Part shown: positions 48,201 to 62,599 of the stretch, in pieces | Layout of the letters: the number at the start of each line of letters is the position of its first letter | Position numbering within the stretch: the stretch's first letter is position 1 | Assembly: GCF_009914755.1 (NCBI RefSeq) | Contig: NC_060929.1 | Strand: one strand, 5' to 3' | Length of the DNA stretch: 64,000 nucleotides | From: the human T2T-CHM13v2.0 reference genome, Homo sapiens | Translations under genes and position numbers: made by a program | The notes under the pieces: generated by a model | Seen by the model: the letters and a program-made list of their open reading frames with translations, nothing else | Told to the model about the DNA's origin: nothing | Databases searched by the model: none

Positions 48201-49180
48201 TTTCCTAGGTGTTTATATGGAGTTACTTGGACTCATAGAACTCTGTGATGGTGGTGTGTGTGGAGGAGGGTTAAACATGACCGCAGCCAGTTGTATGCAT
48301 GGGGTGATGATAGTTTGCGGTTGCTGGGCTGTAAACTCCGCGTGGTGATTCCATCTTTGTCCTGTTCCTCATGGTTTCCCCCTGCCTGGTGCATGGCAGG
48401 TGTCTGCGAGGTCCCCACTCTGCCTGGCTTCCATCTCCAGGCATGGCCTCGTGACTGGCACTCTGTTGCGGTGTCAGACGCCTGAACGAGCCTCTGTTCC
48501 TAACAGTGCCTCAGACGGGAGGCTTGGGGGTACGGCCGAGAGGGGAGTGGCCAATCAGAGGCACTCCTGGGAGGGACAGCCCTGGAGATCGGAGCCTTGT
48601 TGGGTGGTCGTGTGGCCCCAGAGAGAAGAGAAGCGGGAGGAGAAGGTTTTGTGGAAATCCAGAGGGGAGAGGGCAGGGCTGGGACTCCTCAGAACTTCCC
48701 TTGGGAAGAAATGGCGAGCTGTGATGTGGGAGTGGGCCTTCGAGGGTCCTCAGTGGGGAGGCCCATGTTGGGGGCTTGGATCACAGCCACTGGGAAGCTG
48801 CTGATGCCCTCCCCAACAGAAGTCTATCAGACATCCCAACCATGTGGAAAAAGTAGAACTGGTGACCAGTCTGGAAGGGAAAAAGAGACCATCTTTAGAT
48901 ACGAATAGGCCTCTTGACCAAACGAGATAGGAAAACCCACTTCCCGTGCTTCTGTGGAATTATGCTCAGATCAGCGTGGGCCCCAGTCTGGGCTCAACAC
49001 TTCCTGACTCTGAGCACTTCATGTTTCCTACCTGGCAGTAGCAGGCTGTGTCCTGAGCACACTGCAGGATCTTAGCCAGCCTCAGCTCACCTGCTCTTCA
49101 AGGGCCCTACCACATGTAAGATGGAGGTATTGAGTTCTGGAATAAACTTCATTGATTCATATGTGTTGATCATCTGCATG

Positions 49181-49565
49181 TGTCTTAGTCCATTTTCGCA
49201 CTGCTATAAAGAAATACATGAAACTGGGTAATTTATAAAGAGAAGAGGTTTAATTGGCTCACGGTTCTGCAGGCTGTACAGAAAGCATGGCTAGGGGGAG
49301 GCCTCAGGAAACTTATAATCATGGCAGAAGGTGAAGAGGAAGGAGGTGCATCATCCTAGGGCCGGAGCAGGAGGAAGATAGGGAAGGGGAGGTACCGCAC
49401 ACTTGTAAACAACCAGATCTCATGAGAACTCACTCACTATCATGAGAACAGCAAGGGGGAATCCACCCGCATGATCCAATCACCTCACACCAGGCCCCTC
49501 CTCCAACATTGGGGATTACAGTTTAACATGAGATTTGGGCGGGGACACAAATCCCAACCATATCA
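49181..49565 (-). mobile_element. MSTA/THE1D-like MaLR solo LTR
   Basis: tgtcttagtcc...ctgggtaatttataag...ggcctcaggaaactta...catgagatttgggcggggacaca...ccatatca. Confidence 0.87.
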
Positions 49566-50169
49566 GTCAGTATCAGGGTTCTTTGGTTGCAAATGACAGA
49601 GTAAAAGCTCATGTGCTCTGCTGTCCAAGGCAGCATCCTCCAGGACTTCTCAGTTTCTCTCCATTTCAGGGGTTGGCTTCTTCAGCGAGGCCCCTGTGGT
49701 TGGGTTGACCTTCCCTCTGGTCCCAAGACAGCTGCCAGCAGCACCCAGAGCTACATCTTCCTTCATTCGCATCGAGTGGGAAGAACAGGCACCTCTCTGC
49801 AGCATTCCCAGCAAAGCCTGGAGTTTCCTTCTGATGGGTCATCTAGGGTCACAGGCTCTCCCTGGAGCGGGCCAGCTCAGCTGGGGCATAGGCACTTGAG
49901 GTGGCCAGGCCAGTCACAAGTCCACCGTGGAGTGGGGTCAGTCAATTTCCCTGACTGCCTCAAGGACAGTGGGCGGCAAAAGCCCTGCGCCCCTGAGGCG
50001 ACAGGAACATGGAGCCTTCTCCGTGTGCCCGCGAGGTTGGAAGATGAAGCGGGTGTCGGATCATAGGTGAGGATGGAGGCTCCTGCGTCCACACGCACCC
50101 CACAGTCGGGCTACCTGACCTGGGGGGAGAGGTGCAACTACCCCAGTGCTTTAAATATCACCCTGTGGT

Positions 50170-50490
<321 letters not shown>

Positions 50491-51894
50491 CCCCACGGGG
50501 ATTGTTGCTTTTAGAACCTAGATTTCCCAAGAGAGAATATCAAAATCTATCATTTTATGAGCGAGGAAACAGGAAAGTTATGACTTGTCCAGGTCACACA
50601 GCAGCTCGGGGCCAGAGCTGATGGCAGAATTCAGGGGTTTTGACTCCCAGGGGAGTGCTCAGCTTAGGGGAGTGATCAGCCAGGCGTGTGATTCATTGCA
50701 AGAGGCAGGGGTAAATAAATGCTCCTAAGTGGAGGTGGGTGAAGTATGGGCCATGGCGGGGGTCATTCCTGCAATGTCTCTTCTGTGTCCTGGGGTGGGT
50801 GGTGGGGGCTGTCAAGGAACTAGCTGGGCCCTCGCTAGTCAAGCATGACTCTAGGCCCTGGCCTGATAGAGTGGGCAGTCCCAGAAGCTCTCCCGAAATG
50901 TGTGGCATGTCTCCCTGCTGATATGGAGCCAGAGAGATCTGCCACTTGCCAGCTGTGTGACTTTAGGCAAGTTACTTCACCTCTCTGTTGCCTCCTCAGG
51001 TGTGTAATGAGACCAACCACCCTGCTTCTCTAGGGGGCTTGGGGGAAGGAATGAGACAAGATGTGAAGCGTCCAACACGGTGGCTGTCCCTGGTCAGTAC
51101 CCAGGAACTGTGCATGGCTCCCCACAGGGGCACAGACGGTCCATCCTTAGGCACATGTGTTTCCTCAGGTAGCTCCTGGCTTAGTCTCAGGACTGGGCCT
51201 GAGGGTGCCTGGGAAGGAATGGGCATTCTGCCTGGCATCTGCAGGTGAGCAGGAATTGCTTCTAGAATGCCAGGCCAGCTTGGGCATGCTGCTCCTGAGG
51301 CCCGGCTGCCTACTGGCCACCCACACTCTGGGGAGGCTCTTTTCCCGGCCCTGCTTCTGGGGTTCCAAGGGGAGGCCTCGGGTCATCTGCTGGGAGCAGC
51401 TGCAGGATGAAGACAGGGTGACTCACCTGCAGACAGGGAGGCCAAGTCAAGGGATCAAAACAAGACAGAGACTTCTTTTCTTCCCTAGGGACTATGAGAA
51501 GATCGGAAAGGGACCCACGCATCATCAGTTATTCATGAGGTCTGCAGGAACCCGTGCAAAAAGCCCAGCTGGGGAGCAGGGTGGGGTGATGGTGAGAAGC
51601 CCTTCTATACAGGTTCCCTCCCCGAGCTAAGCAAAAGCGTTGAGGTGACACGTGTCACCTGTTCCTAGAGGATCTGCACTGAAGGCGGGGCAAGCAGGAC
51701 CTGCTGTACACAGCACAGGGCCTTTCTTCCCACAGCTGCGTCCTGCAGTGGTGACACTCTTGCACGTAAGGGGTGGTTAGCCACACTGTATGAATAAGAA
51801 CACTGAGAGGCAGGGAGAAGTGACTTTTCCAAGGTCTCACTGCTATGAAATGGCCAAACTAGGGATGAATGAAAGGCATGTGCTCATCTGAAGG

Positions 51895-52560
51895 GGAGTC
51901 AGTATTTGTTGGGCATCCACTGCTGCTCTGTGTGCTGTGGGTACCGCAGTGAACAAAGCACAGCTTTTGCCCTTGTGGGGCTTATATTTTATTTCTGAGG
52001 TAACAGACAATTAACAAGCATGTAAATAGATGCATGAAATAATTTTAGGGAAGGATAAGTGCTAACGGATGGGCTGAGGGAAAAGAGAAGATAAGAGACG
52101 AGATGGCATGCAGGGCCATGGGCACTGTAAGTGGCTAGGCCTGTCACAGGTCATCCCCGCAATGGGGTCTGTCAACTTACCTGACTGCTGTGCAGCCTGG
52201 GGTTGGGGACAGTGGGCAGAAAAACCCCCGTAGCAGGGACGGGCTGCTAGTTTAGATGGGGTGGCCAGGAAGGGCCTCTCTGAAGAGGTGACATTTGAGC
52301 TGAGGCCTAAACGAAGCAAGGGACTGAACTTTAAAGGTCCAGGAAGAACATTCTAGGCAGGATCACAGCAAGTGCAAAGGCCCGGAGACTGGAGGCTGCT
52401 TGGTGTGTTCGAAGTGCGGCAAGGAGGCTGGTCTGGTGTAGGGCATGAAGAGTGGTAGGAGATGGGGTTAGATTGGGGCTTGGGACCAGAGGTGGGGGCC
52501 CTTGGAGGCCACAGTAAGGAAAGAGACTTTGGGAGGAATATGAGATGCTGAGGCCGCAGA
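51895..52560 (-). mobile_element. L2 LINE fragment
   Basis: ggaagggcctctctgaagaggtgacatttgagctgagg; gaacattctaggcag...gtgcaaaggccc. Confidence 0.7.
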
Positions 52561-52678
52561 GTGCCCGAGATGGCCTCCTTCCCTTCCAGGTCAGATCATT
52601 CCAGATTTCCTGGTCTCCTTCCCTCCTGAAGAACCACTGGAGGAACGAGGACTCCCAGCCTGTGGAAGGAAAGGGTGA

Positions 52679-53058
<380 letters not shown>

Positions 53059-53373
53059 CTCCTGTCATTCCTTCAGTGTGATGCCCTGTGCCTGGCCTGA
53101 GAGATATGCACATGATCTTGTTTACCGTATGCCCCTCCACAGCCCTGGGAGGAGGCACACATACTGTCATCCTACATGACAGATGAGAAAACTGAGGCTC
53201 AGCCAGGCCAGGCTTACTCAAGTCCACACAGCTGGAAGCGGAGCAGACCGGAGCCAGATGTTGAGACAATGCTCTTAGCCCAGCGCAGGTCTTTGAGGAC
53301 TCTCACATGTCTGCAGCTGGGACCCCCTCCAGACCACGAGCCTCTCAACCCCTCCCTGAAGAGGCAGTGGTGT

Positions 53374-53545
53374 GCTTTATCCACAGATGCTTGCGTCTCC
53401 AGCTTTATCCACGGATGCTTGCGTCTCCAGCTTTATCCACGGATGCTTGCGTCTCCAGCTTTATCCACGGATGCTTGCGTCTCCAGCTTTATCCACGGAT
53501 GCTTGCGTCTCCAGCTTTATCCATGGATGCTTGCGTCTCCAGCTT
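53374..53545. repeat. 28-bp minisatellite (AGCTTTATCCACGGATGCTTGCGTCTCC), about 6 copies
   Basis: Units start at 53401, 53429, 53457, 53485 and 53513, plus a nearly complete first unit from 53374. Confidence 0.95.
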
Positions 53546-53552
53546 CCCTTCT

Positions 53553-53589
53553 TCTGCAGTCCAATGCTCTACCCCTGAGCTATACCCCC
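53553..53589 (-). pseudogene. Tailless retrocopy of the 5' half of tRNA-Cys(GCA)
   Basis: Minus strand GGGGGTATAGCTCAGGGGTAGAGCATTGGACTGCAGA matches the tRNA-Cys 5' end through the anticodon (one difference from the consensus I recall). 14-bp TSD cttcccttcttctg at 53543-53556 and 53594-53607. Confidence 0.88.
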
Positions 53590-53823
53590 GCCCCTTCCCT
53601 TCTTCTGGCTTCTGGGTCTTCCAGGAACCTTGGACAACCTGTGAAGCCATTAGCACTATCAGCCTGTAATAGGGAACTACGAGCCCTGCTGACCAGGGAG
53701 TCTCTGGTGAGAAATTGCATTCTAGCACCTTCTTGACTCCTTACTAGATGAGCACCCGTGAGAATGGAAAAGGGGATTCTTTAAAGTGAGAATGAAGTTG
53801 GAGCCATTTAGAACTAGATGTTA

Positions 53824-53905
53824 GGCTGCTATTGTGGCTGAAGTCTGTAATCCCAGCTACTCTGAGGCTGAGGTGGGAGGATCACTTGAGCCCAGGAGCT
53901 CAAAG
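53824..53905 (+). mobile_element. Alu/7SL-derived monomer fragment
   Basis: ctgtaatcccagctactctgaggctgaggtgggaggatcacttgagcccaggag. Confidence 0.75.
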
Positions 53906-54145
53906 CTGAACTCAGGGCTGAGTTTCAAAATAGGGGTTCTAGTTTGCTTCAAGGTCTGGACACTTCTTAGATTTGGGAGCTCAGGCAAGTCATGTTTGCT
54001 CCTTGGACCTCAGTTTCTGTGTCTAAAATCCAATGGAAATCTGCTTTGCTGCCTCACAGGGAGGCTGTGAGGATCCAAAGAAAAAAGGTTTGTAAATGGG
54101 ACAAGATGGGATAGGGGTGTGTACTGGCAGAGAAAAAGGAGAAGG

Positions 54146-54468
<323 letters not shown>

Positions 54469-56129
54469 AAGAAGGAGAAGGACATGCACCATCCAGACAA
54501 CAGGAGTAAGATAGAGAGGTGGACACACCACCTGTTTCCCCCAGGCTGATGAGTACCAACATTCTAATGACAGGATCCATTTTTGGGCTCTGATCCTGTG
54601 CCAGGCTCTGGAAGAGGTGCTGGGGCCAGAGGAGCAACAGAAGTGACATAGCTCTGGGCTACATGGAGCTTAGGAGCAGGGACTGCAGTTTAGATAATCA
54701 AAGTGGTGTTCTGAAGGGGACACTTGTTTTTGGAGCAGTAACAGGGACATGAGCCAGTCTGAAGTCAGGAAGGACTTCCTGGAGGAGGTGACCCTAAGCT
54801 GAGAGCCAAGCATGAGGGAGGTCACAGGCAGTAGAGGACAAGCACTGTGAGCAGAGAGGGCCCAGCTGGGGAAGCCAGTGCAGACTGGAAAACCACGTGC
54901 TAACATTGCCAGAGGGATCACAGCCCCATGGAAAGCAAGGCACTGCTGCCTAGGGACGTTCTCTTCTTAGGGCCTCTGGAGGAGCCAATGAAATAGGGGA
55001 TCTTGCCCTCCTGGAGCTCTGGGACTCAGAGAGTTTGAGTGCTTCGCCTAAGGGCATTCAGCCTATAAGATAGTCAAGGGAAGGTTCAGATTTAGGGGAA
55101 GGAGTCTTGAGAATATACCCCGAGGACAATGAGGATACAGTTGGAGGGCTGAGGTGGATTTGTTCCTCCAGGCAATGGGGAGCCAAAGATGTTTTAGAGC
55201 ACAGCAGGTTCCCAGCACCCATGAGAGCCATTTAGCTCCAGTGTCAGAAAGCTCAGGACAGTTGCTGGGGACAACGTGCCATGGTCTGCCACGCCACATG
55301 CCACGTTTAGTTATGGTCAGCAGTAAACCTCAGCCCTCTTTCAAGGCGGTAAGTGATGGTAGGGATGGCATCTGAGTGTAATTGGAGGTTGTTGCTTGTT
55401 GCTGTGGTTGCTCTGCCCTTTGGAGGAGGAAGGCCAGCTTCTTCCCGTGAGTAGCCTGTTCTGGGAGGGACTGGGGTGGAAGAGGGGAGCTAACATTTCC
55501 ATTTCTGAGCACCAACCAGGAGTCAGGAAGGGGTGGGAAGGGGACCCAGGGCAGGTCAGGTCAGCAGGTCAGTGAAATCAGGTCTTTAAACACCCGTTTA
55601 ACACTCTTTTGCAGCTGGAAAGCCCGACTTTTGGCTTCACTGTATTTATTTTCATGGTTACCTGTTATTTACAGTGAATGTGCCTGGTCTTCTTTTTATG
55701 GTAGTGATAGGGAATTTCATTTCAATACATATATTTGAATAATAAATCTTAGTCTATTTAAAGAAGAAAAAGTCATCAGTGAATAACACAGGGGAGCTGA
55801 AAACTGGCCTGCAATGCAGGAATGGTGGAGATCCAGGAAGCCTTACCTCCTGAGGTCTTCACGGCAGCTCTGAAGCAAGGACTGTCATCCCCATTTTACA
55901 GCTGGAAAAGCTGAGTCCCCAAGAAAGTAACTTGCCCTCTGCCCCAAGCCAAGTCTGGAAGCTAAGAACCTTCCCCCCTCACCCTCCCACCTTCACCAGT
56001 GAATGAGCTTCCAGACACTCCTCGGCAGTTCAGAAATCTCCTGATATCAGGGGTTCTAATCCAGGCCCTGGTGCCACCATTGACAAACTGTGGCTTTGTA
56101 CAGTTGTCTAACTCTTTGTCCTTGGTTAG

Positions 56130-56490
56130 TGATATGGTTTGGCTGTGTCTCCATCCAAATCTCATTTTGAACTGTAGCTCCCATAATTCCTATGTGTCAT
56201 GGGAGAGACCTGATGAGGGGTAATTGAATCACGAGGGTGGGTCTTTCCTGTGTTGTTCTAGTGATACTGAATAAGTCTCATAAGATCAGATGGTTTTATA
56301 AAGGGGAGTTCCCCTGCACATGCTCTCTTGCCTGCCACCATGTAAGATGTGACTGCTCCTCATTCGCCCTCCACCATGATTGTGAGGCCTCCCCAGCCAT
56401 GTGGAGCGTGAGTCAATTAAACCTTTTTCCTTTATAAATTACCCATTCTCGGGTATGTCTTTATTAGCAGCGTGAGAACAGACTAATACA
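56130..56490 (+). mobile_element. THE1B/C solo LTR
   Basis: tgatatggtttggctgtgtc ... gaacagactaataca, with 5-bp TSD gttag/gttac. Confidence 0.92.
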
Positions 56491-58022
56491 GTTACTCATC
56501 TTAAGATGGGAATAATATGTGTACCTCAGAGGACTGTTAAAAGGATTTAATGATATGATATCTGTTATTTTCTCCAATTTAAAATGAGACAATAGAATCC
56601 CAGAACCCTGAAGCCACTTGGCCAAGGTCACAGAGGTGGAAAAAGGAGGAGCTGGACGCCAGTGTAGGTAGGTCCAAAAGGCTTCCACGCGGCTGATTTA
56701 ATGATCCCATGGTACTGCCTCCCTTCTACAGAAAGCTGCCTCATGCCCAGGTTGGGAGCTTGAGAATGTCTCCAAAGCCCAGTGGATAGAAAAGAGACCT
56801 GAACAGTGTGCCCATGGGGAAGGGGCTCGGTTTTCTTCAGGCCAGAGCCTGTGGACTCTGCCAAGGTCCCCAGGAGCAGCAAGTCGGGAGTGTGGGAGGG
56901 CACTTTCCTGTGGGAAAATGTAGGGCGCTTCCACTTATAGCCTGATAATTGGGCCCAGCGAGGTCTGAGCTCAGATGATGTCATTCATTCTCTGTGGTCT
57001 TTGGGGCTGAGGAAGCCTCTAGGGAAAGAAGGGGTGGGGGAGGAAGGGTTGGAGAACAGAGAACCTGGAAAGAATGACAGATAAAAACAGGAATCAGAGT
57101 TTGGGGCATGCATGGACTGTGGCCAAGGGAGCTTTAGAGCCGTTGTAGCAGGACAGCCCATGGCAGGAAGTGCTCATAGAATCAAGGGCAGATGGCCGGA
57201 GCCCAGTGCTGGCAGGCAGTGCTGGGGGTGAAGGAATGAAAGAGCCGGGATGTGTGAGTGAATGGTTGGCTTTAGTGCAATGCTGAGCAGATCAGTTCCT
57301 GGAAGGCAGCTGAGTCCGGGGAAGGGGTGCACAGACAACATTGGACAGAGTTTAAACCCCGGTAGAAATGTATCAGCTGTGTCACTTGGGCTAATATCTG
57401 ACCTCTCTGAGCCTCCATGGAGCAGATGCTGTCAATTTCCAACCCGATACCCATTTCCCAAGTCATCCTTGCCTACAGAACCCTGATTCTACTCAGGGTG
57501 GTGATGCAGACAGCCTGGGGCCCTCTGTATTCCCAGCCTCCTTTATAGCCAGGGGTGGCTTGGGTGAGAGCCTCAGTCTCTTCATCTTGGAATGAAAATG
57601 ATTATACCCCTTCTGCAGGGATTTGGGGAGGATTTAGGCTGGTACGTGCTGGGTGAGCATTGCTGAGAGCATGGCCAACTTCTGCTGCTGATGGTGGGTC
57701 TGAATTTGTGTCTCCAGCATTCGCGTCTCCAAGTGCTACTGACCCCTCTACCTCGGTTGTTCCCATTGCCTGAAATTCAACAAAGCAATCTAAACCCTGC
57801 CCAGCCATCCCAGCATCCCCATGTTCACCCCCAGCCCCCTGTCACCCCCCTCATCTCTGGAGCCAGTGGTGTGGACTTGAATCTCAGCCCACCACTTCTA
57901 GCTTTGCGTGGCTTTGCAATGACCCGACAGGGATGCTAATAGCACCTACCTCCTATGAGAGCAGGGGTGAAAATCAGCAATTCCTGTGAGGCCTATTCAG
58001 TGTCGTGCCTAGCACATAGTGA

Positions 58023-58548
<526 letters not shown>

Positions 58549-58962
58549 TACTTTATTTATTTTTAAAATAATTTAAAACAAGTCATTTTTGTACCCTTCT
58601 CTGAGAAGCCGTCCCTCGCTCACTTCTTACTGGCTGGGGTTCCACAGGCTTCTGCGTGCTGTCCAGTCAGAGGCATTCTCTCAGTGTTGCCACAGTCTGT
58701 GGTCTGAGTTTCTGCGTTTCTGTCCCTCTCAGCCCCTCCTCTGAGCTCTTCAGGGGCTCATACCCTGACCTCATCACCTCTGTCCCTCCAGGGCCTGGCT
58801 CAGGGCACCCTGTGTAACTGCTCTCATGCCTCCTCAAACACAGAAACACCCCACGGTAGCGCAGTGAACAATATGGCAGCTAGCACTCAATTGCATTGAC
58901 TGCATCTGTTTCCATGCTGTGCCCAACCCTCTTCTCACCACTTTCCTGTGGGGTATGACTGC

Positions 58963-59410
58963 TGTGATGGTTTTGTCACCTTGGTTAGTCTACTGCGCCC
59001 AGTGGTTTGGTCCACTGCTAGTCTAGATATTGCTGTGAAGCCAGGAGTTTGAGACTATAGTGAGCTATGATCATGCCACTGGACTCCAGGCTGGGTGACA
59101 GAGTGAGACCTGATTAGCATCTATAATCAGTTGACTTTAAGTAAAAATATTACCCTTGATAATGTGAGTAGGCCTCACCTAGTCAGGTGAAGGCCTTAAG
59201 AGCAAACACCAAGGTTTCCCGAAGAAGGAACAATTTTCCCTCAACTGTAGTAAGGAAATCCTCTCTGAGTTTCCAGCCTGCTGGGCCACCCTACGGATTT
59301 TGGACTTACCAGCCCCCACAACCACATGAGCCAATTCCTTAAAATAAGTCTACATTTCTATCCATTACCTCCTATCAGCTCTATTTCTCTGGAAAACCCT
59401 GACGAATACA
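58963..59410 (+). mobile_element. MLT2 (C/D-like) ERVL LTR containing a 70-bp Alu fragment at 59041-59110
   Basis: tgtgatggtt...ctagatattgctgtgaag...gaaggccttaagagcaaa...tgagccaattccttaaaataa...ctctggaaaaccctgacgaataca. Confidence 0.82.
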
Positions 59411-59736
59411 ACAGTCATTCCCATTTTACAGATGGTGAAGCTGAGGCTCAGAGAAATTTGGTCTCATGGCCAGTGTCATATGCCACTCAGTGGCAGGGCC
59501 TGGACTGGAACCCAGGCAGCCTCTCTAGGACCAGCATTACAGATCACCTAGCTGATGCTGGGATCCAGGTCTTTTCAGCTTCTTCAGGTATTTCCAGGTG
59601 CCCAGAGCCAGCTTTCTTAGCCAGGGAAGCTGATGAGTGAAGCAGCCCCTTTTCAAAATGTACTCTTGTGTGCACTGTGTTTTCCAGAGAGACTTGGGGA
59701 AGCTTCTCTAGGTGTGAAAAGAAAAGAGGAGGGGAG

Positions 59737-60038
59737 GGCTGGGCGCCGTGGCTCATGCTTATAATTCCAGCACTTCAGGAGGCCAACGTAGGAGGATCTC
59801 TTGAGCCCAGAAGTTCAAGACCAGCCTGGGAGACAGCAAAACTTTGTCTCCACAAAAAAAGATTTTAAAAAAGTAGCTGGGTGTGGTGGCATATGCCTAT
59901 TATAGTCCTGGCTACTGGGGAAACTGAGGCGGGAGGATCACTTGAAGCCAGGAGTTCAAGGTTATAGTGAGCTATGATCATGCCACTGCACTCCAGCCTG
60001 GGTGACAGAATGAGACCCTGTTTCTACAGAGACACAGA

Positions 60039-60076
<38 letters not shown>
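59737..60076 (+). mobile_element. AluJ with (GA)n microsatellite tail (60026-60076)
   Basis: Sense Alu dimer followed by a GA repeat. Confidence 0.88.
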
Positions 60077-60317
60077 AGGGCAGGACCTGGGGACCTGGGA
60101 GTAAGTCCTTCTTTTTACTTCCTGTCTGTGTGACCTTGAGCAAGTAGCTTTGCCTCTCTGAGCTTTGGTTCCTACAGCCTAAAATTACCTCCAGACAGTG
60201 GGGCAAAGCCAAGAGATTCTCTATGTATTGATATAGAAAGACCTTTAAGATAAAATGTAGAGGGAAAAGTGCAAAGTGTAGGACAGTGTTTCCCTTTTGT
60301 ATAAGTAAAGGGGGAAC

Positions 60318-60743
<426 letters not shown>

Positions 60744-62273
60744 TAATTTTTGAAACGTTATTAAATTATGTAGTAGAAAATAAATATTAATAGTTTTAAA
60801 AATGATGATAATGAGAGTACCTCCTTCAAATTGTTGTATAGTTAAGCTTAAATGTAAAAATAAATGTAAAATGCAAAGCACATAGTAGGTGCTTAAAAAT
60901 GGGAGCTGGTCATCTTGCCACAGTGACCCTCCAGGGTGTTTCTCGAGGAAAGGGCAAGATGATCATAATGATGCTTTGATTTCCCGCTTGAACCCAATAC
61001 ATGCTTTCTGCTGAGCTGGGTCCTCTGGGTGACAGAGGAAATAGTCCCCACAGGCCCTTGCTTTCAAGGCTTTAATGATCCACCTGGGGATCCCGGACTA
61101 ACAGTCATGGGCTGTGCAGTGCTCACCATTCATTCATCAAAGATTTGAAAGGTAAGAAGGGTCGCTAATGGGCAAGGGGAGGGGCTTTTTCGGATGGGAA
61201 CAAATATTCGTTGAGCTGTACTGGGTGTTCCTACATACACTCCTCCTGTAATCCTCATATCAACTCTGGGAGGAGCAGTGATTGTGTCCATTTCACAGAG
61301 AAGGAAACTGAGGCCCAGAAACTTGAGCTAGGGTGTGTAAGAACACACAGCTAGGAATTGGCAGAGTCAGGCTCTGAGGCCATGGCTGTCCAGTTGCAGG
61401 TCTCCTTGTCTTCCCACTACACTACAATGCCTGGCCAGGCTCTAGAAGGATCTGGCGGGTTAAGTGAAGCGTGGGTAGGTGGTGGGATGGGAGCGTGGTG
61501 CAGCAGCTGAGAGTGATCCCAGGATCCCCTCTGAGGACCATTTAAACTTGCCAACAACCCTACTAGACAAGCAGAAGACATAGTGCTATCTTCCCCATTC
61601 CCTCACGGATTAATTAATTAATTAATTCATTCATTCATTCATTTCTCCATATAGCCAGTCATTAACATTTTAGTGAGAACTAGTCCTTCCCAGGCCTTAT
61701 GCTGAGAACTACGGACATCAAAATGAGTGGGTCACAGTGTCTGCACCCAAGGAGCTTACAGTCTAGCAAGAGAGAAAGACCCACAAACTGAGGTAGACAA
61801 CTGAATGCTGGGATTGAAGATGAACATAGAGCCTAGAGCCCAGAGGAGGTGACATTGCAGGGCAGGGGAGTCTCGGAACATGTATGGGCATTTTCCACGT
61901 GTGGAGTGGGGCTGAAAGGGACAGCACGTGGTAAGGACCAAGGGGAAGAAAGCACAGTGGGTTTGGATAACAGCTAGGGCTTGGAGTGATTGATGGGGTG
62001 CACATGCAGAGGGAAGAGGTTATGGATGGAGAGATGGTTTGGGAAGAGTCAGACCATGAGGCATTGTGACAGAGACTGGACAGCATCTTGTAAGCCACAG
62101 AATTAAGCAGGGCAGCGGAGTAGTCAGGCCGATCTGGACTTTGAAGCGACCACCCTGGGGGACCTGGGAGGAAGGGTGGGGACTGGAGAAAGAGGCCCTT
62201 TGTTCATCCTAGGGCACTCTCCAGTGCCTTGGGGTCTTCCAGGGTCTTGTTTGTGCCACTCCCCCCAACTTAT

Positions 62274-62599
62274 TGTGTGTGTGTGTGTGTGTGTGTGTGT
62301 CTGTGTGTGTGTGTGACAGAGTCTTGCACTGTTGGCCAGGCTGGAGTGGAGTGCAGTGGCGTGATCTTGGCTCACTGCAACCTCCGCTTCCCGGGTTCAA
62401 GCGATTCTCCTGCCTCAGCCTCTTGAATAACTGGAATTACAGGTGCCCACCATCACACCCAGCTAATTTTTTTGTATTTTTAGTAGAGACGGGTTATCTC
62501 CATGTTGGCCAGGATGGTCTTGAACTCCTGACCTCATGATTCGCCCGCCTCGACCTCCTAAAGTGCTGGGATTACAGGCATGAGCCATCGTGCCCGGCC
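62274..62599 (-). mobile_element. AluS with (TG)n tail (62274-62315)
   Basis: Antisense Alu; TSD-like ccactcccc. Confidence 0.9.

Noticed and set aside
53374-53545. CRISPR-like array, or bacterial origin with DnaA boxes (TTATCCACA/G in each unit)
   Set aside because: Units are head-to-tail with no unique spacers, there are no cas or replication genes, and the context is primate DNA. It is a minisatellite and the 9-mer match is coincidental.
53553-53589. Functional tRNA-Cys gene
   Set aside because: Lacks the 3' half (variable loop, T-arm/B-box, 3' acceptor strand) and a Pol III terminator.
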